From Simonsiella muelleri ATCC 29453 (GTDB lineage Bacteria > Pseudomonadota > Gammaproteobacteria > Burkholderiales > Neisseriaceae), in the NCBI RefSeq assembly GCF_002951835.1, contig NZ_CP019448.1, forward strand, positions 2,401,382 to 2,465,381: a stretch of DNA of 64,000 bases, written 5' to 3'. The number at the start of each line of letters is the position of its first letter. Positions within the stretch are counted from its first letter, which is position 1. The notes beneath the pieces were generated by a model. That model had not been told where the DNA came from and made no database searches. It worked only from the letters and a program-made list of their open reading frames with translations. The translations under genes were made by a program, and so were the position numbers. Positions 28,384 through 39,700 of the stretch are shown here, one piece after another.

Positions 28384-29049
28384 ATGATTGATTACGTGAA
28401 TAAAATTATGAAACAATATCTATTTATTTTTATTATATTTTTATCTGCATTCATTCATGCTCAACCACTTTATATAGAAAATCCAATTGTGCATCAAACC
28501 ATTCGCGTAAAAAGCTGGAAAGAAAAACGAGACTTCGGTATTGTGAAACAAGATTTGGATTTTTCCTGTGGTGCGGCTTCGGTTGCTACTTTGCTGAATA
28601 ATTTTTATGGACAAAGTCTGACCGAAGAAACCATATTGAATAAAATGGACAAAACCCAAATGCGAGCATCATTTGAAGATATGCAACGCATTATGCCTGA
28701 ATTGGGTTTCCAAGCTAAAGGCTATGCTTTGCCATTTGAACAATTGATGCAACTGAAAATCCCTGTGATTGTGTATTTGAAATACCGAAAAAATGACCAT
28801 TTTTCCGTTTTGCGTGGTATTAATGAGCATACAATTTTATTGGCAGACCCATCATTAGGTCATGTTTCCATGAGTAAATCTCAATTTTTAGATGCGTGGA
28901 AAACACGTGATGGCGATATGGAAGGAAAAATATTGGCAATTATACCTAAAAAATTAGATATTTCAGAAAATTCAATATTTTTTAATAAAAAACCGATTCG
29001 CCAAACACATTTTGCAGTCAAACAATTGTACATTTGGCAAAAACGTTAA
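28384..29049 (+). CDS. Standalone C39-family (double-glycine leader) peptidase-domain protein with an N-terminal signal/anchor
   Basis: Catalytic Cys motif DLDFSCGAASVATLL and His motif DHFSVLRGINEHTILLADPSLG, as in ComA/CvaB peptidase domains. There is no ABC transporter domain. 221 aa. Confidence 0.7.
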   Translation: MIDYVNKIMKQYLFIFIIFLSAFIHAQPLYIENPIVHQTIRVKSWKEKRDFGIVKQDLDFSCGAASVATLLNNFYGQSLTEETILNKMDKTQMRASFEDMQRIMPELGFQAKGYALPFEQLMQLKIPVIVYLKYRKNDHFSVLRGINEHTILLADPSLGHVSMSKSQFLDAWKTRDGDMEGKILAIIPKKLDISENSIFFNKKPIRQTHFAVKQLYIWQKR

Positions 29050-29137
29050 ATTGAAACAAACAAAAGGCTGTTTGAATGATTCAGGCAGCCTTTTCCGTTA
29101 TAATCGTATTATCTCAATACAAAACCTTTCTGATTTT

Positions 29138-31030
29138 ATGCCAAATATTTTCTATGAAGACGGCGGACAATTCAAAGTCGCCAGCATTATTCAAAAAAAC
29201 GATTCCACTTATCAAGCCAATACTCAACATGGTAAACGCGTCAAAATCAAAATCAACAACGTATTTATTGAATTTGATGGCAGCATGGATGATTTTTTGC
29301 AATCCGTTCAAGTCCAAGCCAATGATATAGACACCGAATTATTATGGGAATGTGTGGGGACTGATGAATTTGATTTTCAGGCAGCCGCTAAAGAATATTT
29401 TGGCAGTCAGCCCAGCAAAAGCCAATTAGCAGCAACTTTGATGGCGTTGTATGCTGCGCCAATGTATTTTCATAAAAAAAATAAAGGTGTATTCAAAGCT
29501 GCACCTGAAAATGTATTAAAACAAGCACTTGACGCCATTGAACGCAAAGCTCGACAAGAAGCACAAGTCCAAAAATGGGCTGAACAATTGGTTTCAGGCA
29601 GCTTGCCTGATGAAATCGCTACTGAGTTGCCCAAAATTTTGCACGCACCTGACAAACAATCCTTGGCTTATAAAGCTTTTTATCAGGCTATGGATACGCT
29701 GAAAATGTCCGCATATGAATTGGCAAAACACACGGGTGGTATCACGTCTATGCCACAATATTTGTTACAACGTTTTGAAGTTAAATATTTTCCGCGTGGC
29801 ACAGTGTTACCTGATGTGGTGATGTCCATGCAGCCTGAAAATTTGTCAGTGGCAAATGTACAAGCGTTTTCCATTGATGATGTGTCCACGACCGAAGTAG
29901 ATGACGCGTTGTCGGTACAAGATTTGGGCGGTGGCGTGAAACGTGTGGGGATTCACATCGCCGCACCGTCTTTGGCGATTGAACCAAACAGCGAGATTGA
30001 GAAAATTATTCTTCAGCGATTGAGTACGGTGTATTTTCCTGCCAATAAAATCACGATGTTGCCTAAAAATTGGATTAGTGCATTTAGCTTGGACGAAGGT
30101 AAAATTGTGCCAGCGTTTAGTATTTATTTTGATGTGAGTTCGGATTGGCAACTCTCTGAACCAATTAGTAAAATTGAACTGGTACCCATTGAAACCAATT
30201 TGCGTATTCAGCATATCGAACCGTTTTTTAACAGTGAAACAGGTGTAGGCAGTGCAGACAATCTGCAATTCAAACATCATGCGGATTGCTTGTATCTGCT
30301 TGAGTTATCATACGAATTGCAAAAAAAACGAGACCGTTTAGAAGACCCTACATTGCCGAAAAAATATGATTATGGCATTGATTTTGATGCCGATGGTAAA
30401 GTCATCATCACACGCCGTGAGCGTGGTTCACCGATTGATACGCTGGTTAGTGAAATGATGATTTTGGCAAATACATCTTGGGCAAAAATGTTGCATGATA
30501 ATAATTTGGCTGGATTATTTCGCGTGCAACCCAGTGGGCGCGTGCGAATGTCTACGCATTCTGAGCCACATATTGGTATGAACGTGGCGCATTATGGCTG
30601 GTTCACATCTCCCTTGCGCCGTGCTAGTGATTACATCAACCAAAAACAATTGCAAAGCGTGCTGCAAAATGATGTTGCACCGCGTTTTGATAATACTGAA
30701 AGCGATTTATTTGTGGCATTGGGGAATTTTGAGGCGGCATATTCTGCGTACCGTGCGTTTCAGGATATGATGGAAAGTTATTGGGCGATGGTATGGTTGA
30801 AACAAGAAAATATTCGTGAAATCAATGCGGTAGTATTGAAAGAAGAATTGGTACGTTTAGAAGGTTTACCTTTGACGGCACGCGCAACAGGTATTCCGCT
30901 GGAAATCGCGCCTAAATCCACTGTGAAATTAGCCATTAATGAAATTGACCCAGAGCAACAATTTATCGCATTGAAATATTTAACAGTTATTCCAGATGAT
31001 GTAAGCAAATCTAGTTTATTAGATGAATAA
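29138..31030 (+). CDS. RNB-domain exoribonuclease (RNase II family)
   Basis: Start moved to MPNIFYEDGG at 29138. RNB motif HIGMNVAHYGWFTSPLRRASDY. Confidence 0.8.
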   Translation: MPNIFYEDGGQFKVASIIQKNDSTYQANTQHGKRVKIKINNVFIEFDGSMDDFLQSVQVQANDIDTELLWECVGTDEFDFQAAAKEYFGSQPSKSQLAATLMALYAAPMYFHKKNKGVFKAAPENVLKQALDAIERKARQEAQVQKWAEQLVSGSLPDEIATELPKILHAPDKQSLAYKAFYQAMDTLKMSAYELAKHTGGITSMPQYLLQRFEVKYFPRGTVLPDVVMSMQPENLSVANVQAFSIDDVSTTEVDDALSVQDLGGGVKRVGIHIAAPSLAIEPNSEIEKIILQRLSTVYFPANKITMLPKNWISAFSLDEGKIVPAFSIYFDVSSDWQLSEPISKIELVPIETNLRIQHIEPFFNSETGVGSADNLQFKHHADCLYLLELSYELQKKRDRLEDPTLPKKYDYGIDFDADGKVIITRRERGSPIDTLVSEMMILANTSWAKMLHDNNLAGLFRVQPSGRVRMSTHSEPHIGMNVAHYGWFTSPLRRASDYINQKQLQSVLQNDVAPRFDNTESDLFVALGNFEAAYSAYRAFQDMMESYWAMVWLKQENIREINAVVLKEELVRLEGLPLTARATGIPLEIAPKSTVKLAINEIDPEQQFIALKYLTVIPDDVSKSSLLDE

Positions 31031-31291
31031 TCTTTCAGGTTGCCTAAATTATCTATTTAATTGGAAAATTAAAATTTTTCAATGATATATTTTAGACAGC
31101 TTTGTGGTATAAAACAAAAATCTTTTAGGCAGCCTGAAAAATTTGGTTTTCAGGTTGCCTTTATTCTATAGGGAAATTGAAATAAAACTCATTATTATAA
31201 TATTTGTGATATAATCATTAAGATTCAATTTGTTAAATCACTTTCAGGCTGCCTGAAAGATTCTTCCATCTCAAAAATAAAGGGTTCAACT

Positions 31292-32710
31292 ATGACTGGT
31301 TTTGTTGTGATTGGCATGATTGTTTTGATTGCTTTGCTGATGATTGGCTTGGTGTTGGCTTTGTTGTATCGTCGCGTGGTAAAAACCAACGAAGTACATA
31401 TCGTGCAAACCAATCGTGATACCAAATCATTTGGTAAAGACACCAATAATGGCAATGTGTATTACGCATTTCCATCGTGGATTCCGAAATTGGGTGTATC
31501 CACGATTGTGCTGCCGATGTCAGTTTTTGATGTGCGAATCAATGATTATGAAGCCTATGATTTGGAACGTTTGCCTTTTAAAGTGGATTTGACAGCATTT
31601 TTCCGTATTTCAGAATCTAATCTTGCTGCGCAGCGCGTGTCTAATTTTGAGGATTTGCAAGCACAATTGGAAGCGATTATTCAAGGTTCGGTGCGTTCTA
31701 TTTTATCCAGCAAAAATTTGAATGACATTTTGCAAATGCGTAGCGAATTGGGACAAGATTTTACTGATGCAGTACGCGAACAGTTGCGAAATTGGGGCGT
31801 TGAGCCAGTGAAAGCCATTGAATTAATGGATATTCGCGACAGTGGCGACAGTAAAGTGATTCACAATATTATGGCAATTAAGCAATCGGATATTGAACGC
31901 CAAAGCCGTACTGAAGTTGCCAAAAATCAAAAAGAAGCTCAATTGGCAGAAATTGAAGCCCAAAAAGAAGCCGACATTAAACGCCAAGAAGCCGAACAAG
32001 CGGTCGGTATGAAAACGGTAGAAAATCATCGTGAAGTGGCGTTGCAAGAACAAAAAGCACAACAGCAAATTGAAAGCGAAAAGAAAATCACTGCCGAGCA
32101 AGAAATGGCGGTAAAACGCGTAACCAGCACGCGTGAGGCAGAAATTGCTAAAGATGTGGCGATTGTGAATGCAGAAAAAGACCAGCGTGAGCGCGAAATC
32201 AAAGCAATGGCGGATAAAAATGTGATGGAAGTGAATGCCGAAGCTGAACGTAATCGCCAAATTTTGGTGGCAGAAGGTCAGAAAGAACAAGCGTTTTTGG
32301 CGGCCGCCGCAAATTTGGAAACTAAAGATAAAGAAGCGCAAGGTATCGCAAAAATCGGTTCTGCTGAAGCCGAAGCGCGAAAATTATTGGAAATTTCTTT
32401 GGTATCGGGGCAAATTCAGTTAGCGCAAGAAATTGGTGAAAATGAAGGTTATCAACGCTATTTGATTGAAATTCGCCAAGTGGAAGCCAATGAAAAAATT
32501 GGTATTGAACAGGCTAAAGCGTTGTCGGCGGCGGATTTGAAATTGATTGTGAATGATGGTGGTTCTGTGGTGGGCGGTATGGATAAATTAAGCAAATTGT
32601 TGTCATCGCAAGGTGGGGCAAATTTGGGTTCTATGCTGGAGAGTTTGGGGCAATTTGAAAACGGTCAGAAGTTGATTGAGAAATTTACTCGCCCCAATGA
32701 TACAGAATAG
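31292..32710 (+). CDS. Flotillin-like SPFH/band-7 protein (YqiK-like)
   Basis: N-terminal transmembrane helix, an SPFH domain and an E/A/Q-rich coiled-coil region. 472 aa. Confidence 0.85.
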   Translation: MTGFVVIGMIVLIALLMIGLVLALLYRRVVKTNEVHIVQTNRDTKSFGKDTNNGNVYYAFPSWIPKLGVSTIVLPMSVFDVRINDYEAYDLERLPFKVDLTAFFRISESNLAAQRVSNFEDLQAQLEAIIQGSVRSILSSKNLNDILQMRSELGQDFTDAVREQLRNWGVEPVKAIELMDIRDSGDSKVIHNIMAIKQSDIERQSRTEVAKNQKEAQLAEIEAQKEADIKRQEAEQAVGMKTVENHREVALQEQKAQQQIESEKKITAEQEMAVKRVTSTREAEIAKDVAIVNAEKDQREREIKAMADKNVMEVNAEAERNRQILVAEGQKEQAFLAAAANLETKDKEAQGIAKIGSAEAEARKLLEISLVSGQIQLAQEIGENEGYQRYLIEIRQVEANEKIGIEQAKALSAADLKLIVNDGGSVVGGMDKLSKLLSSQGGANLGSMLESLGQFENGQKLIEKFTRPNDTE

Positions 32711-32839
32711 AGATACAGTGAAGTCAAATTGTACTGGCACCATATGGTCATTATGTACACAGCGGTCATGGTTGTCTTATTCTAATCGCCGTATCCTTGA
32801 ATTAGAAAATTAATTAAGAATTAAATTGTTAAATCAAAA

Positions 32840-32884
32840 GGCAGCCTGAAAACATTTTATCAATGCGTTTTCAGGCTGCCTTCA
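32840..32884. terminator. Inverted DUS pair between the convergent flotillin and psd genes
   Basis: AGGCAGCCTGAAAACATTTTATCAATGCGTTTTCAGGCTGCCTTC. Confidence 0.5.
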
Positions 32885-32892
32885 TTTAATAA

Positions 32893-34443
32893 TTATTTTT
32901 TATCTTTGATTTCCGTCCGAATAATCACTTCACGCGGTTCAATGGTCTGCCAAGGTTCGGGCACGGCTGCAAACACTTCACGGCGCACAATGGGTGGGCG
33001 TGCTGCAATTTCAGCTAACGCTTCAGCTTCGGCTTTTGCTTTGGCTTCTTGTTCGGCTTTTACTTTTGCTTTTGCTTCTGTAGCTGCTTTTGCTTTAGCA
33101 GCAGCATCTGCTTTTAATTTGGCTTCCGCATCGGCACGCGCTTTGGCGATGGCTTCTTCTTTTGCTTTTGCTTCTGCCAGAACTTTAGCCTCCTGTTCAG
33201 CTTTAGCTTTAGCGGCAGCGGCTTCTTGTTCAGCTTTTAATTTTTCTGCTTGAGCTTTAGCTTCCTGTTCGGCTTTAGCTTTAGCGGCAGCGGCTTCTTG
33301 TTCAGCTTTTAATTTTTCTGCTTGAGCTTTAGCTTCCTGTTCGGCTTTAGCTTTAGCGGCGGCGGCTTCTTGTTCAGCTTTTAATTTTTCTGCTTGAGCT
33401 TTGGCTTCTTGTTCAGCTTTTGCTTTAGCGGCGGCAGCATCTTGTTCCGCTTTTAATTTTGCCATTTCGGCTTCGGCTGCAGCTTTGGCACGTTCCACTT
33501 CCAAACGTGCTTGTTCGGCTTGGGCTTTTAATTGTGCAATCTCTGCATCGGCTTGTGCTTTGGCTTGTGCTACTGCTTGACGTGCTTGCTCATTTTCAGC
33601 TTTTAATTTTTCGGTTTCGGCTTTCAATCGTGCTTCTTCTTCAGATACTTGCGTCAACTCAAATTGTGTTGTTGTGCTGGCTGCGGTAGGTGTAGATTCA
33701 GCATGTTGCGCTTGGACATCGGCTTTTAAGCGTGATTCAGCTAACGATTTATTGGTAGAAATACCATTGTTTTCATCATCGGGCACATCGGATTTTTCTA
33801 ATGGCAAATACGCCAAAATGGTTTCACTGGCGCGAATTTTATCGCCAATTGCCACGTTTGCTGTTGCGTCTAATGGTAAATATACATCAATGCGTGAACC
33901 AAAACGAATGAAACCATAGCGTTCGCCACGCAAAATACTGTCGCCTTTATTGGTGTAACACAAAATGCGACGCGCAACCAACCCTGCTACTTGTACCACA
34001 GTTAATTCACGCCCTGTGCGTGTGGTCATTAATACCGCGTTGCGTTCGTTTTCGTTGCTGGATTTGTCTAAAGACGCGTTTACGAATTTGCCTGCGGTGT
34101 ACTGTACTTCTGTTACACTGCCTGAAATAGGTGAGCGTTGTGAATGTACATTGAATATATTCATGAAAATACTGATTTTCAATGCACTGGTTTGACGATA
34201 TGGGTCAATCGCGCGTTCTACCACCACAACTCGTCCGTCTGCGGGTGATAAAATTGCATCGGGTGCTTCGGGAATATTTCGTGCTGGGTCGCGGAAAAAA
34301 TTCACGCAAAACAAGGTAAACGCCCAAAACGGTAGCGACCACCAACCACATAAACAAGTAAACAAAACACTCAACACCAGTCCGCCAATAATAAACAGCC
34401 AGCCTTCTTGGGCAATAATGGTATGTGGATAATAACGGTTCAT
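32893..34443 (-). CDS. psd: Phosphatidylserine decarboxylase-family proenzyme (short type) fused to a roughly 300 aa Ala/Glu/Lys-rich coiled-coil repeat tail
   Basis: The N-terminal roughly 215 aa carry the FGSR autocleavage motif ([18 protein letters not shown]). The C-terminus has four 24-aa repeats ([24 protein letters not shown]), which correspond to 72 bp tandem repeats at about 33180-33470. Confidence 0.7.
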   Translation of the reverse strand: MNRYYPHTIIAQEGWLFIIGGLVLSVLFTCLCGWWSLPFWAFTLFCVNFFRDPARNIPEAPDAILSPADGRVVVVERAIDPYRQTSALKISIFMNIFNVHSQRSPISGSVTEVQYTAGKFVNASLDKSSNENERNAVLMTTRTGRELTVVQVAGLVARRILCYTNKGDSILRGERYGFIRFGSRIDVYLPLDATANVAIGDKIRASETILAYLPLEKSDVPDDENNGISTNKSLAESRLKADVQAQHAESTPTAASTTTQFELTQVSEEEARLKAETEKLKAENEQARQAVAQAKAQADAEIAQLKAQAEQARLEVERAKAAAEAEMAKLKAEQDAAAAKAKAEQEAKAQAEKLKAEQEAAAAKAKAEQEAKAQAEKLKAEQEAAAAKAKAEQEAKAQAEKLKAEQEAAAAKAKAEQEAKVLAEAKAKEEAIAKARADAEAKLKADAAAKAKAATEAKAKVKAEQEAKAKAEAEALAEIAARPPIVRREVFAAVPEPWQTIEPREVIIRTEIKDKK

Positions 34444-34780
34444 TGTGAATCCTTCAGCTTAAAATACAGGAGCAAGATTGATTAAAAAAATGATAGCCTT
34501 GAATTATATCTGAATGGGGGCAATTTTCCTATCATATTAATGGGGATTTGTGTGTGGCTGTGGTTTTCAGGCAGCCTGAAAAAATAACGTATTCAGTAAA
34601 ATAGAAAAATTGCTGTTATTTTAGGGATAAATGGGCGTGGGGGTGGCGGCGATATGCAACGTTTTTTATGAATTGACAAAATAAATTTCAGGCTGCCTGA
34701 AAATAAATTACCACAAAATAAAATATTTAGGTTAGAATCCCAGTTCATTTTTAACCATTTTAACCATAAGGACAACACCG

Positions 34781-35467
34781 ATGGATAATCAAGTAACCAA
34801 CCAATACGGACACAGTTTGCCCAGTACCAATCTTGTTTTGCAAAAAACTTATCGCTTATTGGCGTGGTCATTTTTGCCTTGCATCTTAGGGGCGGTGGCT
34901 GGCATGGTGTTTAATCCGATGGCGGTATTAGGCGGCGGCTGGATTGGTATTGTTGCCGTATTTGCGTTTTTCTATGGTATGATTTTTGTCATTGAAAAAA
35001 ATCGCTACAGCAATACAGGTGTGATTTTGTTGATGATTTTTACGTTTGGCATGGGCATTTTACTCAGTGGCTTGCTACGCGTAGCGGGAATGTACAGCAA
35101 CGGCGCACAATTGGTAGCGGTGGCGGCTGCGATGACGGCTGGTATTTTTTTCACGGTATCTGCTTTGGCACGTAACCCAAAATTTGCGATTAACACCAAT
35201 AAATTAGGTAGCTTTTTAATGGCTGGTGTGGTGGTGGTGATGATTGCGGTCATTGCCAATTTATTTTTGAATTTGCCGATGTTGTCGTTAACGATTTCGG
35301 GCGTATTTGTCTTTTTGAGTTCGTTGATGATTATGTGGAAAACGCGCGTGATTGTTGAAGGCGGCGAAGATAGCTACATCAGTGCAGCATTGAGTATTTT
35401 TATTGATATTTATAATTTATTCACTAGTTTGCTGCGTTTGTTGTTGGCATTTACAGGGGAAGATTAA
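34781..35467 (+). CDS. BAX inhibitor-1 / YccA family membrane protein
   Basis: Seven transmembrane helices. Characteristic length and C-terminal charged tail. Confidence 0.8.
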   Translation: MDNQVTNQYGHSLPSTNLVLQKTYRLLAWSFLPCILGAVAGMVFNPMAVLGGGWIGIVAVFAFFYGMIFVIEKNRYSNTGVILLMIFTFGMGILLSGLLRVAGMYSNGAQLVAVAAAMTAGIFFTVSALARNPKFAINTNKLGSFLMAGVVVVMIAVIANLFLNLPMLSLTISGVFVFLSSLMIMWKTRVIVEGGEDSYISAALSIFIDIYNLFTSLLRLLLAFTGED

Positions 35468-35740
35468 TTTTAGGCAGCCTGAAAAATGGCGTGTTTATTA
35501 ATGCTTAATTAATTTTACTTTCAGGCTGCCTTAATTTTTCAGGCAGCCTGAAATTTTTTAATTTAATTAATTGAATTAAAATGATTTATCAAATTAATAA
35601 TTCACATCTACATCATTTTTCGTTTGCGCAATCTAATAAATACATAGGTTTCAGCCGATTTCACGGGTAAATTCATTGACACAAAATAGCGTAAATGCTA
35701 GAATTTGCGGTTTCTATTATTAATTTTTTTTGGACTAACT

Positions 35741-36172
35741 ATGAAAACCTTTTCAGCGAAACCGCACGAAGTGCAACGCGAATGGTTTGTAATTGACGCA
35801 GAAGACAAAGTTTTGGGTCGCGTTGCAGCCGAAGTTGCCAGTCGCTTGCGTGGTAAACACAAACCTGAATATACGCCACACGTAGACACTGGTGACTATA
35901 TTATTGTGATTAACGCCGACAAATTGCGCGTTACAGGTAACAAATTTGAAGGCAAAACTTACTATCGCCACTCAGGTTTCCCAGGCGGTATTTATGAACG
36001 TTCTTTCCGTGAAATGCAAGAGAGCTTTCCAGGTCGTGCATTGGAAACAGCCGTAAAAGGTATGTTGCCAAAAGGTCCATTGGGTTACGCTATGATTAAA
36101 AAACTGAAAGTGTATGCTGGTGCAGAACATCAACACGCTGCACAACAACCTAAAGTTTTGGAATTAAAATAA
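35741..36172 (+). CDS. rplM: 50S ribosomal protein L13
   Basis: Start moved to [20 protein letters not shown] at 35741. Confidence 0.95.
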   Translation: MKTFSAKPHEVQREWFVIDAEDKVLGRVAAEVASRLRGKHKPEYTPHVDTGDYIIVINADKLRVTGNKFEGKTYYRHSGFPGGIYERSFREMQESFPGRALETAVKGMLPKGPLGYAMIKKLKVYAGAEHQHAAQQPKVLELK

Positions 36173-36187
36173 TAAGGACACGAAATT

Positions 36188-36580
36188 ATGAACGGTAAAT
36201 ACTACTACGGCACAGGTCGCCGCAAAAGCTCAGTAGCTCGCGTGTTCTTGCAAAAAGGCACAGGTCAAATCATCGTGAACGGTCGCCCTGTTGATGAATT
36301 TTTCTCTCGTGAAACCAGCCGCATGGTGGTTCGCCAACCTCTGGCTTTGACTGAAAACTTAGAATCATTTGATATCAAAGTGAATGTTGTTGGTGGTGGC
36401 GAAACAGGTCAATCTGGTGCAGTACGCCATGGTATCACTCGTGCATTGATTGATTATGATGTAGCCCTGAAACCTGCTTTATCTCAAGCTGGTTTTGTTA
36501 CTCGTGACGCTCGCGAAGTGGAACGTAAAAAAGCTGGTTTGCGCAAAGCTCGTCGCGCAAAACAATTCTCAAAACGTTAA
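36188..36580 (+). CDS. rpsI: 30S ribosomal protein S9
   Basis: [14 protein letters not shown] ... C-terminal KR; a terminator follows at 36598-36632. Confidence 0.95.
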   Translation: MNGKYYYGTGRRKSSVARVFLQKGTGQIIVNGRPVDEFFSRETSRMVVRQPLALTENLESFDIKVNVVGGGETGQSGAVRHGITRALIDYDVALKPALSQAGFVTRDAREVERKKAGLRKARRAKQFSKR

Positions 36581-36792
36581 TTCGTTTTTTATACAAGAAA
36601 AACACCTCAAGAATTTTGGGGTGTTTTTCTATTTTATGGATTGGAGATAAAAAAATTGTGATTTCAATTCATCCTATTTGAATGAATTTCAATTGTAAAA
36701 TGATAAATAAAAAATAGGGGGCGGATATAAAATCCACCGCCCAATTTAGATAGGTTTGGCAAAGGTTTCAGCCTAAAAATCACTTTATTGAT

Positions 36793-39700
36793 TTAGAAGA
36801 AAATGCCATTATTGTAACGTTTAGGATTTATGCTGTAATTGGAAATTTCAGGCACAGGCAAACCTTCGTCTGTTGCTGCATCAGCGTGAGTCGGTGGCGA
36901 AGATAATGTAGCAGAACTATTAACAACAATTTGTTCTGGTTCATCTTTTTCAGCTGGCTCAATTCTGTCGTTGATGGCATCAATATTTTCAGCTTGTTCC
37001 GTTTGTAATGTATGTTTACGGAACACGGACGCAAATGAATTTTCACCAATTGTTTTGGGCGCAAATGGTGATTTTTTGGGTGTAGGCGTTTCAACAGGTT
37101 TTACCACTTCGCTGCTAACCGATGATACGGTATTCGTTTTTTCAATTGTTTGAGTTGGTGGAGTGTTTTCCGCTACTTGAGTTGTCTGAATTTTCGGTTT
37201 AACTGGAGAGGACTCAATTTCCACTCTAGGCGTAATTTCCCCTGTTGGTACGTTCGTGCTGCCTGAATTTTGTCCTGATTGAGCATTTACATTTGGTGTG
37301 TTTTTGGGTGCTACGACCACTTCAATAGTGGCTTTTTGTGGCACGGCTTGTACCGTAATTGTAGGTTTTTTGGGTTCTATCGTGTGAACCACTGGTACTA
37401 CAGAAATTTGTGGTTTTGTTTCTGCAACAGGTTGGTTGGCAATCTGAACGGATTCTACAGAAATTTCTGGTTTTGTTTCTGCAACAGGTTGGTTGGCAAT
37501 CTGAACGGATTCTATAGAAATTTGTGGTTTTGTTTCTGCAATAGGTTGGTTGGTAATCTGAACAGATTCTACTTCTATAGAGATTTCTGGCTTTGTTTCT
37601 ACAATAGGCTGGTTGGTAATCTGAACCGATTCTATTTCTACAGAGATTTCTGGTTTTGTTTCTACAATAGGCTGGTTGGTAATCTGAACCGATTCTATTT
37701 CTACAGAGATTTCTGGTTTTGTTTCTGCAACAGGTTGGTTAGCAATCTGAACAGACTCTATTTCTACAGAAATTTCTGGTTTTGTTTCTGCAACAGGTTG
37801 TGCAGGTTTGGTCAATTTGTCGGCTGGCAAACCTGCCATGCTTGCCTGTGTTAGATATTTTGCCAATGAACTGGTTTGTGGTGCAGAAGGTGCTTTGGGT
37901 GGCTCGGGCGCAATCGCTGGTGCAACAGGTCTTTTGTTTATGCTTACTGAAATATTTTTATTTTCAGTGGATTGGATTGTGGGCGTAGTCTTTTCCACAA
38001 CGGGTGTTGCGGCTGCCGATTGGGTCTCATCGGGTATGTATTTGGCGAAAATATTTGGTTTTTGGTTATTCGTTAAAATGGTGGATTTGGGTAATACCAT
38101 TTGCACGGGCGCGACGTGTAATTCTTCCTCTTCAATGACATGGCACACAGCTGCATTTGCAGGCTGCGTATTTTCAGATGATGTGGTGGGGGCTGCGGTT
38201 TGGGTAGGTTGTTGGGGTTCTGCATCATCTGGAGCTTCGGCGCGTGATACGGCAACGATTGTGCTGTCAGACGCATTGGCTAGTGCATCATTTTGCATTG
38301 CTTCAAATTCAGGTCGCTGCTTTTTGCCAAACAGCGAACAAAGCCAGCCAAAAAGTCCACCTTTAGACTTTCGTGGTGCAGATGAATTGGGTGCATTTGT
38401 ATTCATGTTATCAGACTCATTTGGCAAAGGTTGATTGGTTTCAATAATTTGTTCAGCATTTTTTTCAGGCTGCCTGAAAGATTCGGTGCTGGATTCGGTT
38501 ATGGTTTGTGGTGGTGTTGGTTCGGAGGCAATGGGTTTGCTTTCGGGCGACACAAGCGAAACAGGGGTATCGGTTGATTTAACCAATTTCGCATCTGTTT
38601 TCATGCCAACCAATGCGCTTGGTGGTGCGATAATTGGATTATTTGTCAAATTTTCGGGTGTGGCAACCGATTCATTGGTTTGGGTTGTGTCGGTTTGTGG
38701 TGTTTGTTCGCTGGATTTGGGTAACTCGGATTCAGTGATACTGGGTTGCGATGCAACATCATCAAATTCTTCGCCGATTACTTCGGGTTTGGGTAAATGC
38801 AAACCTGCTTCGGTCAGCACGGCATAAGCGGCTAATTCGTCTGTGTTTCGGCGTAGGTATTGGTGTAATTGCAAAAAATGCATTTCCAATTCTGCTGCAC
38901 GCGCAGGATGGTAATACCAATCCAGTACGGCATTTGCCAATTTTTCTGGTGTGGCATCTTTTTGCAGCAATTCAGGTACAACTTCTCTACCCAATAAAAT
39001 ATTGGGTAAACCCACATATTGAATTTTAATTTTGCGCTTGACTAATGCATAAGTCAAAGACGAAATACGGTAACTAATCACCATCGGACGTTTGCACAAA
39101 GCCACTTCCAATGAAGCAGTCCCACTGGTTACCAATACAACATCAGCTGCTATACACGCCAATTCGGTTTTGGCAGCCTGAAGACGAATGGGTAAATAAC
39201 GAAATTCTTCTTGTTGTAAATATTCTTGCAAACACTCGCGTACACCAGCTGAAGGGTAGGGCATCAAGAAGACAGCTTCAGGTAAGGCTTTGACAATTAA
39301 AGCGGCAGCACGTAAGAAAACCGGTGCCATATATTCCACTTCACTCACACGGCTACCGGGGAGCAATGTGAACACGGGTGCAGTCAAATTTAATTTCAAA
39401 CGTTCGCGCACGGCTTCGCGACTATTTTCCAGTGGCAGCATTTGTGCCAAAGGGTGTCCAACGTATTCTGCTTTGCCACCAGCATCACGATACAATTTGG
39501 GTTCCATTGGGAACAAACACAAAACCTGATTTACTTGACGCACGATTTTATGTACTCGCTCGGGTTTCCATGCCCACACCGAAGGGCTAACATAATGTAA
39601 AGTAGGAATGCCTGCGGCTTTTAATTTGGCAGCGACTGTTAAATTAAAATCGGGCGAGTCAATGCCAACAAAAACATGTGGGCTGATTTTGCGTAAATCT

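Noticed and set aside
37279-38827. ORFs of 130-208 aa on the plus strand and in other frames within the lpxB tail (for example 37279-37854, 37808-38434, 38435-38827)
   Set aside because: These are artefacts of the tandem repeats and low-complexity sequence opposite the 1050 aa ORF. Their periodic WFCFCNRLVGNLN repeats mirror the DNA repeat.
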